A stretch of 64,000 bases of DNA. Origin: an uncultured Sandaracinus sp. (GTDB taxonomy: Bacteria > Myxococcota_A > Polyangia > Polyangiales > Sandaracinaceae). Below are positions 10,296-21,611 of the stretch, in pieces; the first letter of the stretch is position 1; each line of letters starts with the position of its first letter. Made by a program: the position numbers and the translations under genes. The notes under the pieces were generated by a model. That model saw only the letters and a program-made list of their open reading frames with translations. It searched no databases and was not told the DNA's origin. The DNA is taken from positions 9,729 to 73,728 of the forward strand of contig CAYZTA010000024.1 in NCBI GenBank assembly GCA_964481145.1, read 5' to 3'.

Positions 10296-10742
10296 ATGGC
10301 CCACTCAACCAAAGCATTTCGGCGTCAGCACAATCAAATTCTCGACCTCATTCAACAACTATTGTTGATGTTGAACACAGAAGACTTGAGGCGCGATGCA
10401 AATCCAGTTTGCATGATGCGGTCGCGTTTGATGGGAATCCTCGTGGTCCATCTCGCAATGGAAGATCGCGTGATGTATCCCCAACTCATGGCCAGTCCCA
10501 ATGTGATTCTCGCGACGGTGGCCAAGAGATATCAGCTCGAGGTGGGAGACTATAAATCGCAGCTCAACATTTATTTGGAGCATTGGCGTACTGCGGAGGA
10601 GATTCAGTCGAATCCACCTGTCTTCATCCATGAAACACGACGGATTTTGGGGGTGCTCGTCCAACGAATCGAACGTGAGAATGGCGAATTGTACCCGCTC
10701 ATCGAAAACGTGCAGAGTCACCGATTCGCGAAAACAGGATAG
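10296..10742 (+). CDS. hemerythrin-like (HHE cation-binding) domain protein
   Basis: The His/Glu spacing fits a hemerythrin-type four-helix bundle: '[11 protein letters not shown]', '[16 protein letters not shown]', 'YLEHW', '[12 protein letters not shown]'. The DNA is visibly AT-richer than its neighbours. Confidence 0.7.
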   Translation: MAHSTKAFRRQHNQILDLIQQLLLMLNTEDLRRDANPVCMMRSRLMGILVVHLAMEDRVMYPQLMASPNVILATVAKRYQLEVGDYKSQLNIYLEHWRTAEEIQSNPPVFIHETRRILGVLVQRIERENGELYPLIENVQSHRFAKTG

Positions 10743-10818
10743 GGCCTCGATCAGGATCGTGAGGAGGCTCTCATGTGATCTCCCGCCGTTGTGCGATCGT
10801 GCGCAGCAGGAGTTTCAC

Positions 10819-11292
10819 ATGAACATCGATATCGGTATCGAAGCAAGCAAGCGTCAGGAGATCGCGGGCGGCCTTTCACGGGTTCTCGCCGACACCTACA
10901 CGCTTTATCTGAAGACCCACAATTTCCATTGGAACGTCACAGGCCCGATGTTCCAGACGCTGCACCTCATGTTCGAGACGCACTACAATGAGCTCGCGCT
11001 CGCAGTGGATCTCGTGGCGGAACGAATTCGCGCGCTCGGTTTTCCGGCGCCCGGCACCTATCGGCAGTTCAGCGAGCTCTCTACGATCAAGGAAGAGAAC
11101 GGCGTCCCGAAAGCCGAGGACATGATTCGCAAGCTCGTCGAAGGTCATGAAACTGTTGCGCGTACTGCGCGTCAGGTCTTCAAGATCGCAGAGGGCGTGA
11201 GCGATCAGCCGACCTGCGATCTCTTGACCCAACGCATGCAGGTGCACGAGAAGACCGCGTGGATGCTGCGCAGTCTGCTCGAGTCATCATGA
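10819..11292 (+). CDS. dps: Dps family DNA-binding ferritin-like protein
   Basis: '[56 protein letters not shown]' is the canonical Dps ferroxidase-site region. I placed the start at ATG 10819. Confidence 0.92.
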   Translation: MNIDIGIEASKRQEIAGGLSRVLADTYTLYLKTHNFHWNVTGPMFQTLHLMFETHYNELALAVDLVAERIRALGFPAPGTYRQFSELSTIKEENGVPKAEDMIRKLVEGHETVARTARQVFKIAEGVSDQPTCDLLTQRMQVHEKTAWMLRSLLESS

Positions 11293-11706
11293 GTTCTTCT
11301 TCGAAGCCGGCCGCGTCGTTTTCGCAACGAATCCGCCGACAACGATGAAGAGCGGGAGCAACGCGATGCGCCCGAGTGCAAACCAGAAGGGCATGCCTTG
11401 GGCGTCATCGCTGCTCATCATTCCGATAAATCCAATCAAGCCGCCGAGCACGGCGGCGTGTGCGACCGGCGCAACACCGGCAAGGCGTCCGACGAGCAGA
11501 CCTGCGACGATCCCATTGGGCACGGCTCCCGCCAAAAGGAGGAGGAGTCCTAGACTCGTGGCGCGCTCTTCGGTCGGGAATTGCGGCGTGGCCAGTGAAT
11601 AGATCACGGCCATGTAGAGGTAGCCGAGGATCCATGACACGATGAAACCCACCACCACGGCGAACACGGACTTGAGTGGTGAGCCTACTTGGGGTTCGGT
11701 CTCCAT
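11287..11706 (-). CDS. hypothetical small membrane protein (4 TM)
   Basis: The start at 'METEPQVG' is followed by four hydrophobic helices. The gene is convergent with dps and overlaps it by 6 nt. Confidence 0.55.
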   Translation of the reverse strand: METEPQVGSPLKSVFAVVVGFIVSWILGYLYMAVIYSLATPQFPTEERATSLGLLLLLAGAVPNGIVAGLLVGRLAGVAPVAHAAVLGGLIGFIGMMSSDDAQGMPFWFALGRIALLPLFIVVGGFVAKTTRPASKKNS

Positions 11707-11800
11707 GAGCGCCCCGATGAGAGCCGTTCGAGAGTGAATGTGCAAGCCGACATGCGATCGTGATGGAGAAACGCAACATATCGCGGTAGGTCCCAAGGTC

Positions 11801-12976
11801 ATGCGGCATCTCCTATTGGCCATCGCATGCGCTCTGATGCCTTCGTGTGGACGCGCTCCTACGGAACCTGCTCCTGCGCCACCCGTTCCGGAGCCTTTGC
11901 CTCCCAGCGCATCCGTGAACGTGAATCAATCCTCGCTTCGCTTCGGTGCGCGATGCGCGCTTGGAGCGCCGACGCCGATCGCGGAGGGTCTCGGAGTCCT
12001 GCATGGCGTGGGCATTGCGGTCGGTGACACTTCGCAGATGATCGTCTCCGATCGTGATGCGAATACATTGCTCGCGATGAGCCGACGTGTGGCGTCGGGC
12101 GCGAGCCCCAGCGCACTGACACTTCCCGGAGCCGATGAGATCTTCGCGATCGAAGCGATCGATGGGGATCGATTCATCGTGATGACGAATGCACGCTGTC
12201 CGGAGGCCTCCACGACCCCGCGTTGTCTCCGAGCGCGTCTCCTCGGCGCGGATGCACGCGCTCTGTCAGAGGAGATCGTCATTCCCCTGCCTGAGCCGCT
12301 CCGCACCTTTCGTGTCGATGCGAGCGGCGATGCGGTTTGGATCGCGCGTACGAGCGCGCACTCCAGGCCAAAGCTCGACATGCTTTTTGCGAGCAGGGAG
12401 GGGAGTCTCTCGGTGTTGACACGCACTCTTGGAGATGCGCGCGCGTTGGACGAGCCCACGGAGATTCTTGGACTCGCTGTGTCTAGCGGGAGTTATGCCG
12501 TGCTCTATCGGCGGGGAGCCACCGAGGATGCACGGAGCGCGGTCGTCCTTGGAACGTCCGTGCGGGAGCGCGAAATCGAGCCGCTCCACGATGCGCTCGT
12601 TCTCGAGTCATTCGATTGGTCGTCTGGGTCGCTGGCGGCCATCGCAGCTTTCGAATTCCAGCGTCCAATCTTCTTGCGATGGGGGCCAGATGGACGAATC
12701 CGTGGTGAGGCCAGGAGCGTCTTGCCTGGTGAGGAATTGCCCGCGCCTTTCACGAATCGACGCACGGCGATCATTCATGGCGCGGGGCCGAGCATGTCGA
12801 TCGAAGTGCGAGATGGGGCGGGAGACGCGATCGCGGCTCCTGTCCCCATCGAGAACGCCATGCACGCGGACATCGCGCGGAACGGCGATGAGTTCATCGT
12901 CGCCATCGCGAGGCGCGAGGGAGGGGGAGGATTCTCGATCGAGACACGCGAGCTCCGGTGCGAGGCACACGATTGA
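11801..12976 (+). CDS. hypothetical lipoprotein
   Basis: 'MRHLLLAIACALMPSCG' is a signal peptide with a lipobox Cys, followed by the Pro-rich linker 'APAPPVPEPLPP'. I did not recognise a family. Confidence 0.65.
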   Translation: MRHLLLAIACALMPSCGRAPTEPAPAPPVPEPLPPSASVNVNQSSLRFGARCALGAPTPIAEGLGVLHGVGIAVGDTSQMIVSDRDANTLLAMSRRVASGASPSALTLPGADEIFAIEAIDGDRFIVMTNARCPEASTTPRCLRARLLGADARALSEEIVIPLPEPLRTFRVDASGDAVWIARTSAHSRPKLDMLFASREGSLSVLTRTLGDARALDEPTEILGLAVSSGSYAVLYRRGATEDARSAVVLGTSVREREIEPLHDALVLESFDWSSGSLAAIAAFEFQRPIFLRWGPDGRIRGEARSVLPGEELPAPFTNRRTAIIHGAGPSMSIEVRDGAGDAIAAPVPIENAMHADIARNGDEFIVAIARREGGGGFSIETRELRCEAHD

Positions 12977-12982
12977 GCTACC

Positions 12983-13915
12983 TCAAAACGACTCCAGCAA
13001 ATCCGAGAGCGAGCTCCGCGCGTCGAGGCGCCTTATCGCCTCTGCGAGGAGCGGCGCGATGCTCGCTTCTCGAATAAGCGCATTCGCTGGCAAAGCGATG
13101 CTATCGGTCGCGATGATTCGAGTCGGGTTGAGCTTCGAGAGCCGATCGAGCGCCGAGCTGACGAAGAGTCCGTGGGTGGCGGCGATGACGAGCTCGGGCG
13201 CGGCGCCATGAGAGCGAAGCGCCTCGGCTGCCGCGACGATGGTGCTGCCCGTCGAGATCATGTCGTCGACGATCACCGGAGCGCGATCACGAACTTCACC
13301 GACGACCGCATGAACGCTCACCTCCGTTCCGCTCTGACGACTCTTGTGCACGATCGCGACTGGCAATTTCAGATGACGCGCGATGGTGTTGGCGCGCTTC
13401 AGGGCGCCGAGGTCAGGAGCCACGATGATGGCGTTGTTTGGAAGCTGAGCCGCGATCGCGTCGATTAACACAGGCAATGCCGAGAGATGATCGACCGGCA
13501 TCGGGATCGAGCCTTCGATCGCTGGCGCATGCAAATCCACCGCGACCACGCGCTCGAAGCGAGCGCGCCCCAAGAGCTCGCCCACGAGCGCTGACGCAAG
13601 AGGCTGACCTTCGCGGGTTCTGCGATCTGCGCGTGCGTATCCAAAATAAGGCACGAGCGCGATCGTGCGTGCGGCGCCGGCCCTCCTCGCGGCATCGCCC
13701 CAAAGAAGGAGCTCCATCAGCGAATCGCTGACGGGCGGTGCAGTGGGCTGTACGATGTACACATCGCGGCCTCGGATGGGCTCCTCAATCTCGATGCGCA
13801 TTTCGCCATCTGGGAAACGCTCGACGGTGCTCGCGCACAAATCGACTCCGAGCTCGCGCGCGATGGCGGCTCCGAGCGCGTGATTGGCCGAGCCGTTGAC
13901 GATGCACCCGATCAA
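12983..13915 (-). CDS. prs: ribose-phosphate pyrophosphokinase
   Basis: 'FPDGEMRIEIEEPIRGRDVYIVQ', 'ALVPYFGYARADRR' and 'VIVDDMISTGSTI' are PRPP synthetase motifs. I propose the TTG start at 13915, which overlaps the upstream stop as TTGA. The ORF is open further upstream. Confidence 0.88.
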   Translation of the reverse strand: MIGCIVNGSANHALGAAIARELGVDLCASTVERFPDGEMRIEIEEPIRGRDVYIVQPTAPPVSDSLMELLLWGDAARRAGAARTIALVPYFGYARADRRTREGQPLASALVGELLGRARFERVVAVDLHAPAIEGSIPMPVDHLSALPVLIDAIAAQLPNNAIIVAPDLGALKRANTIARHLKLPVAIVHKSRQSGTEVSVHAVVGEVRDRAPVIVDDMISTGSTIVAAAEALRSHGAAPELVIAATHGLFVSSALDRLSKLNPTRIIATDSIALPANALIREASIAPLLAEAIRRLDARSSLSDLLESF

Positions 13916-14295
13916 GGTCGGAACCCTGCCCAAATCACCGCGCCCCAACCCACGAGGAAGAACACCCCACCGATGGGCGTCACGGCGCCGAGCCATCGAG
14001 CGCCCGTGAGCGTCATCAAATAAAGCGAACCCGAAAACACGAGGATCCCCATAGCGAAAGAAATGCCAGCTGCACGTGCGCCGAGCCCTTCGCCACGCGA
14101 GGCGAGCCATGCCGAGAACGCGATCGCGAGCGCATGCATCAGGTGATAACGCGCCGCTGTCTCCCACCATTCTGCGCGCTTGACTCCATCTTCGAGCGTT
14201 CCCAAAAAATTTCTGAGGCCATGCGCCCCGAATGCTCCCAGGGCGACCCCCAAGAACCCAAACGCGCCTGCAAGGATCACCAGAATCCGTTCCAT
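13912..14295 (-). CDS. DUF423 family membrane protein
   Basis: 127-aa, 4-TM protein. 'GVALGAFGAHGL...AARYHLMHALA...GILVFSGSLY' is typical of YgdD/DUF423. Confidence 0.85.
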   Translation of the reverse strand: MERILVILAGAFGFLGVALGAFGAHGLRNFLGTLEDGVKRAEWWETAARYHLMHALAIAFSAWLASRGEGLGARAAGISFAMGILVFSGSLYLMTLTGARWLGAVTPIGGVFFLVGWGAVIWAGFRP

Positions 14296-14370
14296 GACGC
14301 GGAGCGTAGCGCGACTTCGGGCCTTCGCCCGAGGTCTTGACCCGAGCCCGGGTGCATGGGATTTATCTTT

Positions 14371-14382
14371 CTATCCGGATGG
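14371..14382. promoter_or_regulatory. candidate operator palindrome upstream of sahR-metH
   Basis: 'cTATCCGGATgg' contains the perfect 8-bp palindrome ATCCGGAT. It lies 5 nt before the proposed sahR ATG and downstream of a TTGACC (14337-14342). This is positional inference only. Confidence 0.2.
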
Positions 14383-14386
14383 ATTG

Positions 14387-15355
14387 ATGGATATCGGCGC
14401 CGCTACGAATTTGCTCGGTCTTTTGGGCGATCCGACCCGGGTGCGCCTCATGGCGTTGCTTGCCCGTGAGGAGCTGTCGGTCGCTGAGCTCGTGTTCATC
14501 ACCGGAGTGCCCCAGTCTCGCGTCTCGACCCATCTCGGGCGGCTGCGCGAAGCCGGGCTCGTGCGCGATCGCAAGGAAGGCACGTCGGCGTTCTATTCTT
14601 TGGCAGAGCAAGGAATGCCCGACGCGACACGCAAGATGCTCGAGCTCGTTCGCCTCGAGATGCGAGACGCGACGCTCGACGCAGATGCAAAGCGCGCGGA
14701 GCTCGCGATCAAACAGCGACGCTCGGGGCTCAGCTGGCCCGAGGCCGTCGCTGGATCGATGGAGCGTCATTATTCGCCTGGCCGGACATGGGAATCGATG
14801 ACCCGAGGGATCCTCGGGCTCGTCTCGCTCGGCGATGTGCTCGACGCTGGCTGCGGAGATGGCACGGTGGCCGCGCTCGTCGCGCCCCACGCTCGGAGCG
14901 TCACGTGTCTCGATCGTTCGGCACGCATGATCGAGGCGGCTCGAGAGAGGCTCGCGGGTGTTCCCAACGTGCGCTTTGCGACGGGCGATGTGCACGAGCT
15001 CGAGATGGCGAACGAATCCTTCGACGCCGTTCTACTCTTTCACGTGCTGACATGCGCCGAGCATCCGCAGCGCGCCATCGAAGAGGCCGCGCGGGTGCTT
15101 CGCCCCAAAGGCAAACTCGCGGTGCTCGCCCTCGATCGACACGAGCATTCGAACTTGACTCATGACTATGGTCATGTGCATCCCGGGTTTCGTCCAAAGA
15201 AGTTGCGTTCGATGCTCGAATCCGCAGGGTTCGTCGTTTCTCTGTGCGATATCACCTCTCGCGAACGCCGTGAGCCCTTCTTTCAGGTCATCAGCGCCTT
15301 CGCACATAAGAAAATCTCCGCGCGAAAGCGCATTTCTCGGAGCAAGTCACGATGA
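14387..15355 (+). CDS. sahR: ArsR-type HTH fused to SAM-dependent methyltransferase-like domain (SahR-like regulator)
   Basis: The N-terminus '[47 protein letters not shown]' is an ArsR wHTH. The C-terminus '[10 protein letters not shown]...[10 protein letters not shown]' is a class-I MTase fold. An ATGA overlap joins it to metH. Confidence 0.8.
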   Translation: MDIGAATNLLGLLGDPTRVRLMALLAREELSVAELVFITGVPQSRVSTHLGRLREAGLVRDRKEGTSAFYSLAEQGMPDATRKMLELVRLEMRDATLDADAKRAELAIKQRRSGLSWPEAVAGSMERHYSPGRTWESMTRGILGLVSLGDVLDAGCGDGTVAALVAPHARSVTCLDRSARMIEAARERLAGVPNVRFATGDVHELEMANESFDAVLLFHVLTCAEHPQRAIEEAARVLRPKGKLAVLALDRHEHSNLTHDYGHVHPGFRPKKLRSMLESAGFVVSLCDITSRERREPFFQVISAFAHKKISARKRISRSKSR

Positions 15356-18300
15356 GTGAGCCGTTCATTAGTCCCGCCCTGCAGACGCTTCTTCGCGAGC
15401 GCATCGCCATTCTCGATGGCGCGATGGGCACCATGATTCAGCGTCACAAGCTCGGAGAGGCCGATTATCGAGGGCAGCGCTTTGCCGACTCCACCATCGA
15501 TCTCGTGGGCAACAACGATTTGCTTTGTTTGACTCGTCCGGAGCTCATCAAGCAGCTGCACTCGGAATATTTCGCGGCAGGAAGCGATATCGTCGAGACG
15601 AATACGTTCTCGTCCACGTCCATCGCACAGGCGGACTATCACCTCGAATCGCTCGCTTACGAGCTCAATAAAAAGAGTGCGGAGCTCGCCCTCGATGCAG
15701 CCGCAGAATGGACGAAGAAGACGCCGGATCGACCCCGCTTCGTCGCGGGCGCGATGGGGCCGATGAATCGAACGCTCTCGCTCTCGCCCGATGTGAACGA
15801 CCCCGGTTTTCGCGCGGTCAGCTTCGATCAAGTGCGAAATGCTTACGCAGATCAGGTGCGCGGGCTTTTGGATGGGGGCGTCGATCTGCTCCTCGTCGAG
15901 ACGATCTTCGACACGCTGAACGCCAAAGCGGCGCTCGTCGCGATCGAAGAGGTGTTTGCTGAAAAGAAGCGCCGTTTGCCGATCATGATTTCGGTCACCA
16001 TCACGGACCGGAGCGGGCGCACCTTGAGCGGACAGACGGTGGAGGCGTTTTGGGCTTCGGTCGAACATGCGCGGCCGATGAGCGTCGGGATCAATTGCGC
16101 GCTCGGCGCGACAGAAATGAGGCCGTTCCTCGCCGAGCTCGCGCGCATCGCGACGACCCGAATCAGTTGTTATCCGAATGCGGGACTGCCCAATGCGTTC
16201 GGCGGATACGACGAGGCTCCCGAGACCACGGCGCGCCTGGTTGCCGAATTCGCCGAAGCAGGCTTCGTGAATATCGTCGGAGGCTGTTGCGGAACGAGTC
16301 CTGACCACATTCGAGCGATGGCGCGTCACGTCGAAAAGATCGCCCCTCGCACCCCGGCTTCAGACCCTCATTTGACGCATTTTTCAGGGCTCGAGACGTA
16401 TACGATCCGGCCTGAATCGAACTTTACGATGATCGGTGAGCGCACGAACGTCACCGGCTCGAAGAAGTTCATGAACCTCATCAAAGCCGACAACTACGCG
16501 GGCGCGCTCGCGGTCGCGCTCGATCAAGTTCGCGGTGGCGCGAACGTCCTCGACGTCAATATGGACGAAGGGATGCTCGATGGGGTGGCGGCGATGACGA
16601 AGTTCCTTCAGCTCGTCGCCTCAGAGCCGGAGATCGCCCGTCTGCCCATCATGATCGACTCATCGAACTTCGCGGTGATCGAAGCGGGGCTCAAGTGCGT
16701 CCAGGGCAAATCGATCGTGAACTCGATTTCGCTCAAGGAGGGTGAAGAGAAATTCCGCGAACAAGCGCGCATTTGTCATCGCTATGGCGCGGGTGTCGTC
16801 GTGATGGGATTCGACGAACAGGGACAGGCGGAGACCGCGGATCATCGCGTGGCGATCGCCAAGCGCGCATATGGCATTTTGGTGAACGAGATTGGGTTCG
16901 CGCCGGAAGATATTATCTTCGATCCCAATGTCTTCGCGGTGGCCACCGGCATCGAGGCACACAATCGATATGCCATCGAGTTCATCGATGCCGTGCGTCG
17001 AATCAAAGAGGAGTGTCCAGGCGCCAAGACTTCGGGAGGCATTTCGAACCTGAGCTTCTCGTTCCGAGGCAACGACCACGTGCGTGAAGCGATGCACGCT
17101 GTGTTTCTTTATCATGCCACACGGGCTGGGCTCGACATGGGCATCGTTAACGCGGGGCAGCTCGCGGTATATGACGATGTCGAGAAAGAGCTGCTCGAGC
17201 GCGTCTCTGACGTGCTCTTCGATCGGCGCCCCGATGCGACGGAGCGGCTCGTCGAATATGCCGAGAGAGTGAAGGGCGGCGGCAAGAAGCGCGAGCAAGA
17301 TCTCGCGTGGCGGGATGCGCCCGTCGAAAAGCGTCTCGAGCACGCGCTCGTCCACGGGATTGACGATTACATCGAAGCGGATACGGAAGAAGCGCGGCAG
17401 AAGTACGCACGTCCGCTCGAGGTCATCGAAGGGCCGCTCATGTCGGGGATGGGCGTGGTCGGTGATTTGTTCGGCGCAGGAAAGATGTTCTTGCCGCAGG
17501 TCGTCAAAAGCGCCCGCGCGATGAAGAAATCCGTCGCGTATCTCACGCCTTTCATGGAAGAAGAAAAGCGGCGTGTGGGCGCCTTGGGCAAAGGAAATGG
17601 GAAAATCCTCCTCGCGACGGTGAAAGGCGACGTACACGACATTGGGAAAAATATCGTGGGTGTCGTCTTGGGTTGTAATAACTACGATGTCGTCGATTTG
17701 GGTGTGATGGTGTCTGCCGATCGGATTTTGGAGATCGCAATCAAAGAGGAAGTCGATATCATCGGATTGAGCGGACTCATCACTCCGTCACTCGACGAGA
17801 TGGTTCACGTCGCGAGTGAAATGAGGCGTCGTGGATTCGAGAAACCTCTTTTGATTGGAGGAGCGACCACGAGCCGCCAGCACACGGCCGTCAAAGTGGC
17901 GCCCACTTATCCACATCCTGTCGTCCATGTGCTCGATGCGTCCCGCGCGGTGAACGTGGTGAGTTCATTGCTTGCCAAAGACCAGTACGCGAACTTCGTC
18001 CAGAAGAACGCGGCGGAACAGGAGCGCACGCGGGCTGCGTTTGCGACCGGACCGCAACGTCCGTTGGTTCCCTTCGCCGAGGCCAACGCGCGTCGTACGC
18101 CGATCGAGTGGAAAGCAGAGGATATGGTGAAGCCGTCGTTCATCGGACGGCGCGTGATCGAAGATCAGCCGCTCGCTTCGATTTCTCCTTATATCGATTG
18201 GACATTCTTTTTCACGGCATGGGAGCTCGCGGGGCGATATCCAGAGATCCTCGAACATCCGAAATACGGGACGGCGGCGCGCGAGGTGTTCGCGGCGGGT

Positions 18301-19047
18301 CAAACGTTGCTCAAGAAGCTCGAGAGCGAGGGCGAGCTTCGGGCGCGGGCGGTGTACGGCATTTGGCCTGCCAACTCCATCGGAAACGATATCGTTCTTT
18401 TCACCGATGAGACACGAACGACAGAGCTCATGCGCTTTCCGATGCTGAGACAGCAGCGCGATCAAGAGGGCGAACCGCAGCGCTCTCTGGTCGACTTCGT
18501 GGCGCCCATCGAGACGGGTCTACCCGACCACGTCGGAGCGTTTGCGGTCACAGCTGGAATCGGCGCAGCCGATATCGTGATGCGCTACAAAAATCAGTAT
18601 GACGATTATCACGCGATCATGACTCAGACACTCGCAGATCGACTTGCCGAGGCATTTGCAGAAATGCTGCATGAGCGCGTTCGACACGAGTTTGGTTATG
18701 GTGAGCACGCGCCCTTCACGCTCGAACAATTGATTCGTGAGGAATATCGCGGGATTCGCCCCGCATTTGGATATCCCGCGTGCCCGGACCATACAGAGAA
18801 GGGCAAGCTCATCGAGCTCCTTCACGCCAATGAGATCGGCATCGAGTTGACCGAGAGTTTTGCGATGACGCCTCCGGCGAGCGTGAGCGGACTTTATTTG
18901 CCTCATCCCGAGTCGCGATTTTTCTCGATTGGGAAAATCGACCGCGAACAGGCCGAGGATTACGCGCGTCGAAAGGGAATGCCGCTCTCCGAGGTGGAAC
19001 GATGGCTCGGCTCGCACGTGGGCTATCAGCCGATGGCATCGAAGTGA
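15352..19047 (+). CDS. metH: cobalamin-dependent methionine synthase
   Basis: The 1231-aa ORF has the full MetH architecture. The Hcy module is '[11 protein letters not shown]'. The pterin module is present. The B12 cap and binding region is '[11 protein letters not shown]'. The AdoMet activation domain is '[12 protein letters not shown]'. Confidence 0.97.
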   Translation: MSEPFISPALQTLLRERIAILDGAMGTMIQRHKLGEADYRGQRFADSTIDLVGNNDLLCLTRPELIKQLHSEYFAAGSDIVETNTFSSTSIAQADYHLESLAYELNKKSAELALDAAAEWTKKTPDRPRFVAGAMGPMNRTLSLSPDVNDPGFRAVSFDQVRNAYADQVRGLLDGGVDLLLVETIFDTLNAKAALVAIEEVFAEKKRRLPIMISVTITDRSGRTLSGQTVEAFWASVEHARPMSVGINCALGATEMRPFLAELARIATTRISCYPNAGLPNAFGGYDEAPETTARLVAEFAEAGFVNIVGGCCGTSPDHIRAMARHVEKIAPRTPASDPHLTHFSGLETYTIRPESNFTMIGERTNVTGSKKFMNLIKADNYAGALAVALDQVRGGANVLDVNMDEGMLDGVAAMTKFLQLVASEPEIARLPIMIDSSNFAVIEAGLKCVQGKSIVNSISLKEGEEKFREQARICHRYGAGVVVMGFDEQGQAETADHRVAIAKRAYGILVNEIGFAPEDIIFDPNVFAVATGIEAHNRYAIEFIDAVRRIKEECPGAKTSGGISNLSFSFRGNDHVREAMHAVFLYHATRAGLDMGIVNAGQLAVYDDVEKELLERVSDVLFDRRPDATERLVEYAERVKGGGKKREQDLAWRDAPVEKRLEHALVHGIDDYIEADTEEARQKYARPLEVIEGPLMSGMGVVGDLFGAGKMFLPQVVKSARAMKKSVAYLTPFMEEEKRRVGALGKGNGKILLATVKGDVHDIGKNIVGVVLGCNNYDVVDLGVMVSADRILEIAIKEEVDIIGLSGLITPSLDEMVHVASEMRRRGFEKPLLIGGATTSRQHTAVKVAPTYPHPVVHVLDASRAVNVVSSLLAKDQYANFVQKNAAEQERTRAAFATGPQRPLVPFAEANARRTPIEWKAEDMVKPSFIGRRVIEDQPLASISPYIDWTFFFTAWELAGRYPEILEHPKYGTAAREVFAAGQTLLKKLESEGELRARAVYGIWPANSIGNDIVLFTDETRTTELMRFPMLRQQRDQEGEPQRSLVDFVAPIETGLPDHVGAFAVTAGIGAADIVMRYKNQYDDYHAIMTQTLADRLAEAFAEMLHERVRHEFGYGEHAPFTLEQLIREEYRGIRPAFGYPACPDHTEKGKLIELLHANEIGIELTESFAMTPPASVSGLYLPHPESRFFSIGKIDREQAEDYARRKGMPLSEVERWLGSHVGYQPMASK

Positions 19048-21467
19048 ATGCTGCGGTTTCGTCCCTCGCGTTTGGCGACGTAAAGGACTTCGTCCGCGAG
19101 CTCGACGCAGCGAAAAGGGGAGTTCTCTGGCGAGGCCCTCAACGTGGCGGCCCCGACGCTCACCGAAACGAAACGGCCGGCCGAAGACTTCGGGTGAGGT
19201 AGCGCCAACGCGAGGACCGCCTCTCGGAGGCGCTCGGCGACTTGGATGGCTCCGCTGGCGTCGGTCTGGGGAAGGATGACCACGAACTCTTCCCCTCCAT
19301 AGCGGGCAAGAAGATCGCTGCGCCGAGACAGCGACTTCGCCATCGCAGCCGATACCTGGCGAAGGCACTCGTCCCCTTGCACGTGACCCAAACTGTCGTT
19401 GTAGCTCTTGAAGCAATCCACGTCACAGAGGACGATCGAGAGCACATCTTGGTGAACGCAGAGGCCCCGCCATTCGGCCAACAGCCTCTCCTCGAACGCG
19501 CGGCGATTGGCAATACCGGTGAGTCCGTCGGTCCTCGACAACTCGGCCAGCTCGGCGTTGGCCCGCTCCAGGCGATGCACCAAGGCACGAATTTCCTGTT
19601 CCTGTCGGTGAAGTCGAACGAGGTTCGAAGCGCGGGCAACCAACTCATCTTCGTGAAAAGGTTTTGTCAGGTAGTCATTCGCGCCATTTTTCAGCCCGTC
19701 GACTTGCGCATCGAGCTCCGATCGAGCCGTGAGAAACATCAGCGGAACACCGCGGAGCACAGCGTCTGCCCGCACCGCCTCGAGCAGTTGATCTCCGCTC
19801 ATGCGGGGCATCATTCGGTCCGAGACAATCAACTCCGGGATTCGTGAGCGCGCCCGCTCGAGGGCTTCTCGTCCGTCGCGGGCGGCCATCACATGGAACT
19901 GAGACGAAAGTACTCTCACGACGTAGTCGCGGAGGTCGGCGTTGTCCTCTGCCACCAGAACCAAGGGTTTGTCTTCTCCAGACGTAGCCTCGAGGGGGTG
20001 CCACGGCTCCGCCTCCTGGGCGCTCGGTGCTGGGTTCGAATGGTGCTTGCGCCAAGGCTCGTCGCGCAGGTCGTTGAAGTCTTCCTGCAGCGGCGCTTGC
20101 CCCTCGAGCTCGCCCACGGGCAAACGGAGCGTGAACGTCGAGCCCTCTCCGACGACGCTCTGAAGCATCACCTCGCCGCCGTGAGCCGATACGATTTCCT
20201 TCACCAATGAGAGGCCAATCCCTGTGCCCTCGAAGCGGCGCGTGGCGCTCGAGTCGACCTGCGTAAAGCGCTCGAAGATTTGCTCCCTCGCGTCCTCGGG
20301 AATCCCGATCCCTTGGTCCTGCACCGAGATTTCGAAGAGGTCTTCTTTCCGACCGAGCCGCACCTTCACCGGGAAATTCTCTGAATCACTGAACTTGAAG
20401 GCATTGGAAAGCAGGTTGTAGAGGGCAGTCTTGAGGAGTCGTGGGTCCACCTCTGCCAAGACGACGTCTTCCGCTCCTTGCACAGAAATTCGTGACAGCC
20501 CCTCAGAGCCTTCGAAGTTGGCGCAGACGTGCTTGACCAGCTCAGCCACGTTGCACGGCCGCTTCTGGAGCGCGCGTTGGTGGTCGAGTTTCGATAGATC
20601 GAGCAAGTCGTTGACCAGTTGAAGCAGGCGGGCTGCGTTTCGAAGGCCTCTCTCTGCGTCGGGAGGACTGTGTTGCCGGCGAAGCAACCGCAGTGCGCTG
20701 AGCAATACAGTCAGCGGAGTCCTCAGCTCGTGACTGATGTTGGCGAAGAACTCCGTCTTCGCTCGATCGAGATCTTTCAGCGCCGAATAAGCCTGATTCA
20801 ACTCGCTATTTTTCTCCTCGATTTGCTGCCGGGCTGCTTCGGCGCTCTGTTGCATGGACTCGAGGCGCACCCTGGCGAAGGCCTGCTCGCGGCTGGATGC
20901 AAATCGCAGCGTCTGCCCAATCAGCGCAAAGACCGCGGCGGCGATCAACAAGAGGCTGTTGCTCGCTCCGATCGCCAGTTGTTGAGGCGTGGCGCCCGGG
21001 AGGTTGGGCAGAATGTATGAGCCGATGATCAGGCCGAACGCCAGCAGACCCACGCGCAAAGGGAAGAGGAGAATCAGCGAAACGTTCAGGATGGTGAAGA
21101 CCGGCCCCGCGTAGTAGTGGGGGCTGAAACCTCCCGCCGCGAACTCAATCAAAGACAAGCCGCAACCGTTGATGCTGGTCGCCGTGCAAATGAACGCATT
21201 GGGATATCGTTCGAAAAGCTGTGTTCTTGCCAGTGCGAGCGCCAAGATAGAAAGCAGACTCACGACGGCGCGTGTTCCCCAGATGGCGTGCAGTCTCTCG
21301 GCCGGGGCGACCCATAAGTCGAAGAGCCCAAACGTAGGGATGACGATCACCCCGATCCACAGCGCGAGCCGGGTGCCCTTGCGGTTGTGGGCATGCAGCC
21401 AGGCCTTCCATTGGACTTCTCCCGCTCGTTGGACGGTCGCAATGCTTGGGGTCGCGACCCAATTCAT
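19026..21467 (-). CDS. hybrid membrane sensor histidine kinase - receiver - GGDEF diguanylate cyclase
   Basis: The multi-TM N-domain is followed by the H-box '[14 protein letters not shown]', 'NAFKF' and 'GTGIGLSLV'. The REC domain has 'LVAEDN...[11 protein letters not shown]...LTKP'. The GGDEF domain has the I-site 'RRSD' five residues before 'GGEEF'. I propose the start at ATG 21467, but the ORF is open to 21554. Confidence 0.88.
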   Translation of the reverse strand: MNWVATPSIATVQRAGEVQWKAWLHAHNRKGTRLALWIGVIVIPTFGLFDLWVAPAERLHAIWGTRAVVSLLSILALALARTQLFERYPNAFICTATSINGCGLSLIEFAAGGFSPHYYAGPVFTILNVSLILLFPLRVGLLAFGLIIGSYILPNLPGATPQQLAIGASNSLLLIAAAVFALIGQTLRFASSREQAFARVRLESMQQSAEAARQQIEEKNSELNQAYSALKDLDRAKTEFFANISHELRTPLTVLLSALRLLRRQHSPPDAERGLRNAARLLQLVNDLLDLSKLDHQRALQKRPCNVAELVKHVCANFEGSEGLSRISVQGAEDVVLAEVDPRLLKTALYNLLSNAFKFSDSENFPVKVRLGRKEDLFEISVQDQGIGIPEDAREQIFERFTQVDSSATRRFEGTGIGLSLVKEIVSAHGGEVMLQSVVGEGSTFTLRLPVGELEGQAPLQEDFNDLRDEPWRKHHSNPAPSAQEAEPWHPLEATSGEDKPLVLVAEDNADLRDYVVRVLSSQFHVMAARDGREALERARSRIPELIVSDRMMPRMSGDQLLEAVRADAVLRGVPLMFLTARSELDAQVDGLKNGANDYLTKPFHEDELVARASNLVRLHRQEQEIRALVHRLERANAELAELSRTDGLTGIANRRAFEERLLAEWRGLCVHQDVLSIVLCDVDCFKSYNDSLGHVQGDECLRQVSAAMAKSLSRRSDLLARYGGEEFVVILPQTDASGAIQVAERLREAVLALALPHPKSSAGRFVSVSVGAATLRASPENSPFRCVELADEVLYVAKREGRNRSIHFDAIG

Positions 21468-21611
21468 TGCGCTCCCCGAAGATGCTCGTGGTGAGCCGAG
21501 CCACAGGTGAGAACACCCATCGGGAAAGTTTCCAACAGACCTACGTCCAAGCACAAGGAGAACGTGTTTACAAACCGAGGTCTCCTTTGAAAGATCCTCA
21601 CATCGAAGGGC

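Noticed and set aside
15283-17637. Long antisense ORFs opposite metH (348 aa and 325 aa). Similar shadow ORFs occur opposite ctaD (494-1498), cheB (39424-40605), the FG-GAP gene (45334-46722), yidC/jag (51417-53385), ribD/dinB (55793-56740) and the OM-barrel gene (59783-60805).
   Set aside because: Each is fully overlapped by a gene with unmistakable family motifs on the other strand. Their translations are Arg/His/Asp-rich low-complexity sequence, typical of GC-rich antisense frames.
17907-17915. Perfect DnaA-box 9-mer TTATCCACA.
   Set aside because: It is a single occurrence inside the metH coding sequence with no cluster and no AT-rich unwinding element. It is most likely chance.
21555-21587. 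Inverted repeat AAGGAGA-N19-TCTCCTT between the propeller/HEAT lipoprotein gene and the HK-REC-GGDEF gene.
   Set aside because: The loop is large and there is no U-tract. One arm may simply be the Shine-Dalgarno-like sequence of the downstream gene.
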